Assembly (NCBI GenBank): GCA_964036045.1
Contig: OZ038378.1
Coordinates: 65,844,001 to 65,908,000, forward strand
Direction of reading: 5' to 3'
Source: Eutreptiella sp. 'Long Island Sound 2002'
Lineage: Eukaryota > Protista > Euglenida
Length of the DNA: 64,000 nt
The notes under the pieces are model-generated. The model was not told the origin of the DNA. It saw only the letters and a list, made by a program, of their open reading frames with translations, and ran no database searches. This document shows, piece after piece, positions 62,958-64,000 of this stretch. The stretch's first letter is position 1; every line of letters starts with the position of its first letter. Both the position numbers and the translations under genes were made by a program.

Positions 62958-64000
62958 TTAGTTGGTCCTTTGTCGCAATGCACGTTCCACAATCCTCCGC
63001 ACCATGTTCTCTCTCCCTTTCCTCTCCCGCCGGGGACGTGACCAAGTCGTGTAGTGGCGTTGGAACCCCCTTTGCTTGGTCACAGCCCTACTCTCCACCT
63101 CCCAACCTTCCTTGCGGAGGTTATCATCTAGTGTGTGGTTATCCACCACACATTGCAAGCCCGACCTATCGTTCAGCAAGCTGACCCCCCCACTATTCGT
63201 AAGCCGCCGTTTCAGTCGCACATGGCTGCCCTCCAATGCAAAGCAACTAAGCTTTGCAATGGTCCCGCACCGTGCAACATACACATACGTGTGGTCAATC
63301 CACATTTGTGTCCACAAGGTCTTCCCCCATCCCAGGTCAAGGTGCCTTGCCCCCATGGTCACTTGGCGTTGCAGCAAGGCACGTTGTTTAGCACCACTCA
63401 GAAAGTTGTCCTTCCAGGCCACCTCGGCCATGGCAGCAAACACCCCCCACCACTCCGTAGACACATCAATGCATGGCTTGTCCCCCACTTGATGGTTCCA
63501 CATCACCGGTGCAACCAGCTGCAACAGTGGGCCCCGCATCAAGGCCTTGACAAAGTGCGCAGCAGCCCCCAGCTCAATGCGCACTTGTCTTTAATTTGAC
63601 TTGTCCGCCCCCCACTTTCCACGCTGCACTCTGCGGGCCACTTTCCGTGTCCCGTTTAGAACCCCCTGCACCATGGTAGCCGCACTCTTCCTAGATACTC
63701 CTCCATGGGTCACGAGCTCCCGCTCAATTCCATTGACCCCCGCAATTGGAACATGCATGACTCCATGCACACCGAAGTCAGGAACACGGCGGTCCGCCGC
63801 GATGTCACGAAACACCCCGGTCGGACGTACATGGCCCTTGATCCCTTCCACGGCGACCTCTTGTCCCCCGAACGGGCGCAAAATCGTTTCACGGTTTGTG
63901 CCGCAGCAGCGGCACACCATGGCCCCGGGGCTCTTCTTGGTGAAGCCGTCCCCGCCGGCCGGCATGATGTGGGCCTTGCCATCAGCCTGGACGAAGAATA
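62958..64000 (-). pseudogene. RAG1/Transib/Chapaev-like DDE transposase, second family; 5'-partial (runs off the window), one in-frame stop
   Basis: FFVQADGK (D 63981-63983); CRCC (63903-63914); RVPDFGVHG; WTQMWIDH (H 63291-63293); E (63231-63233) 20 codons later, then GSHVRLKRR. Colinear with 4330-5300. Confidence 0.78.

Noticed and set aside
1-64000. RAG2-like kelch partner gene
   Set aside because: No GG-containing kelch repeats were recognised near any of the transposases.
1-64000. tRNA, rRNA or spliced-leader RNA genes
   Set aside because: None were recognised by eye; tRNAscan-SE or Infernal would be needed to exclude them.

Overview
This is repeat-dense eukaryotic DNA with canonical GT-AG introns and no prokaryotic operon structure. 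The style is reminiscent of a euglenid-like protist, but that is an unverified guess. Only one clear host gene is visible: two spliced exons (34287-34654, 35421-36117) of an ARM-like helical protein ending in a probable TIR-domain first strand. The rest is nested mobile and repetitive DNA. (1) There are three divergent, decayed DDE transposases. Two carry the RAG1/Transib/Chapaev core signature, DG...DGK...CxxC...LH...H-x4-H-x19-E (about 3600-5400 on +, and 62958-64000 on -). The third is a weaker N-terminal piece (about 29900-30712 on -). The first lies next to a frameshifted PhyH-like 2OG-Fe(II) dioxygenase gene and shares a palindromic motif array with it. (2) A multi-copy element encodes a UPF1/DNA2-like SF1 helicase. 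Every copy that retains its 3' end is followed by a (TGACCTA)n array and then by kilobases of a 72-bp hairpin-forming satellite (two related variants, about 23 kb in total). (3) A 7.75-kb non-LTR retrotransposon (APE-RT-RNase H-CCHC, (CATGA)n tail, 11-bp TSD) is inserted into one helicase copy; removing it in silico restores the helicase frame. (4) Foldback palindromes, MITE-like pieces and simple repeats fill the rest. All protein assignments are by-eye motif recognition; no searches were run.
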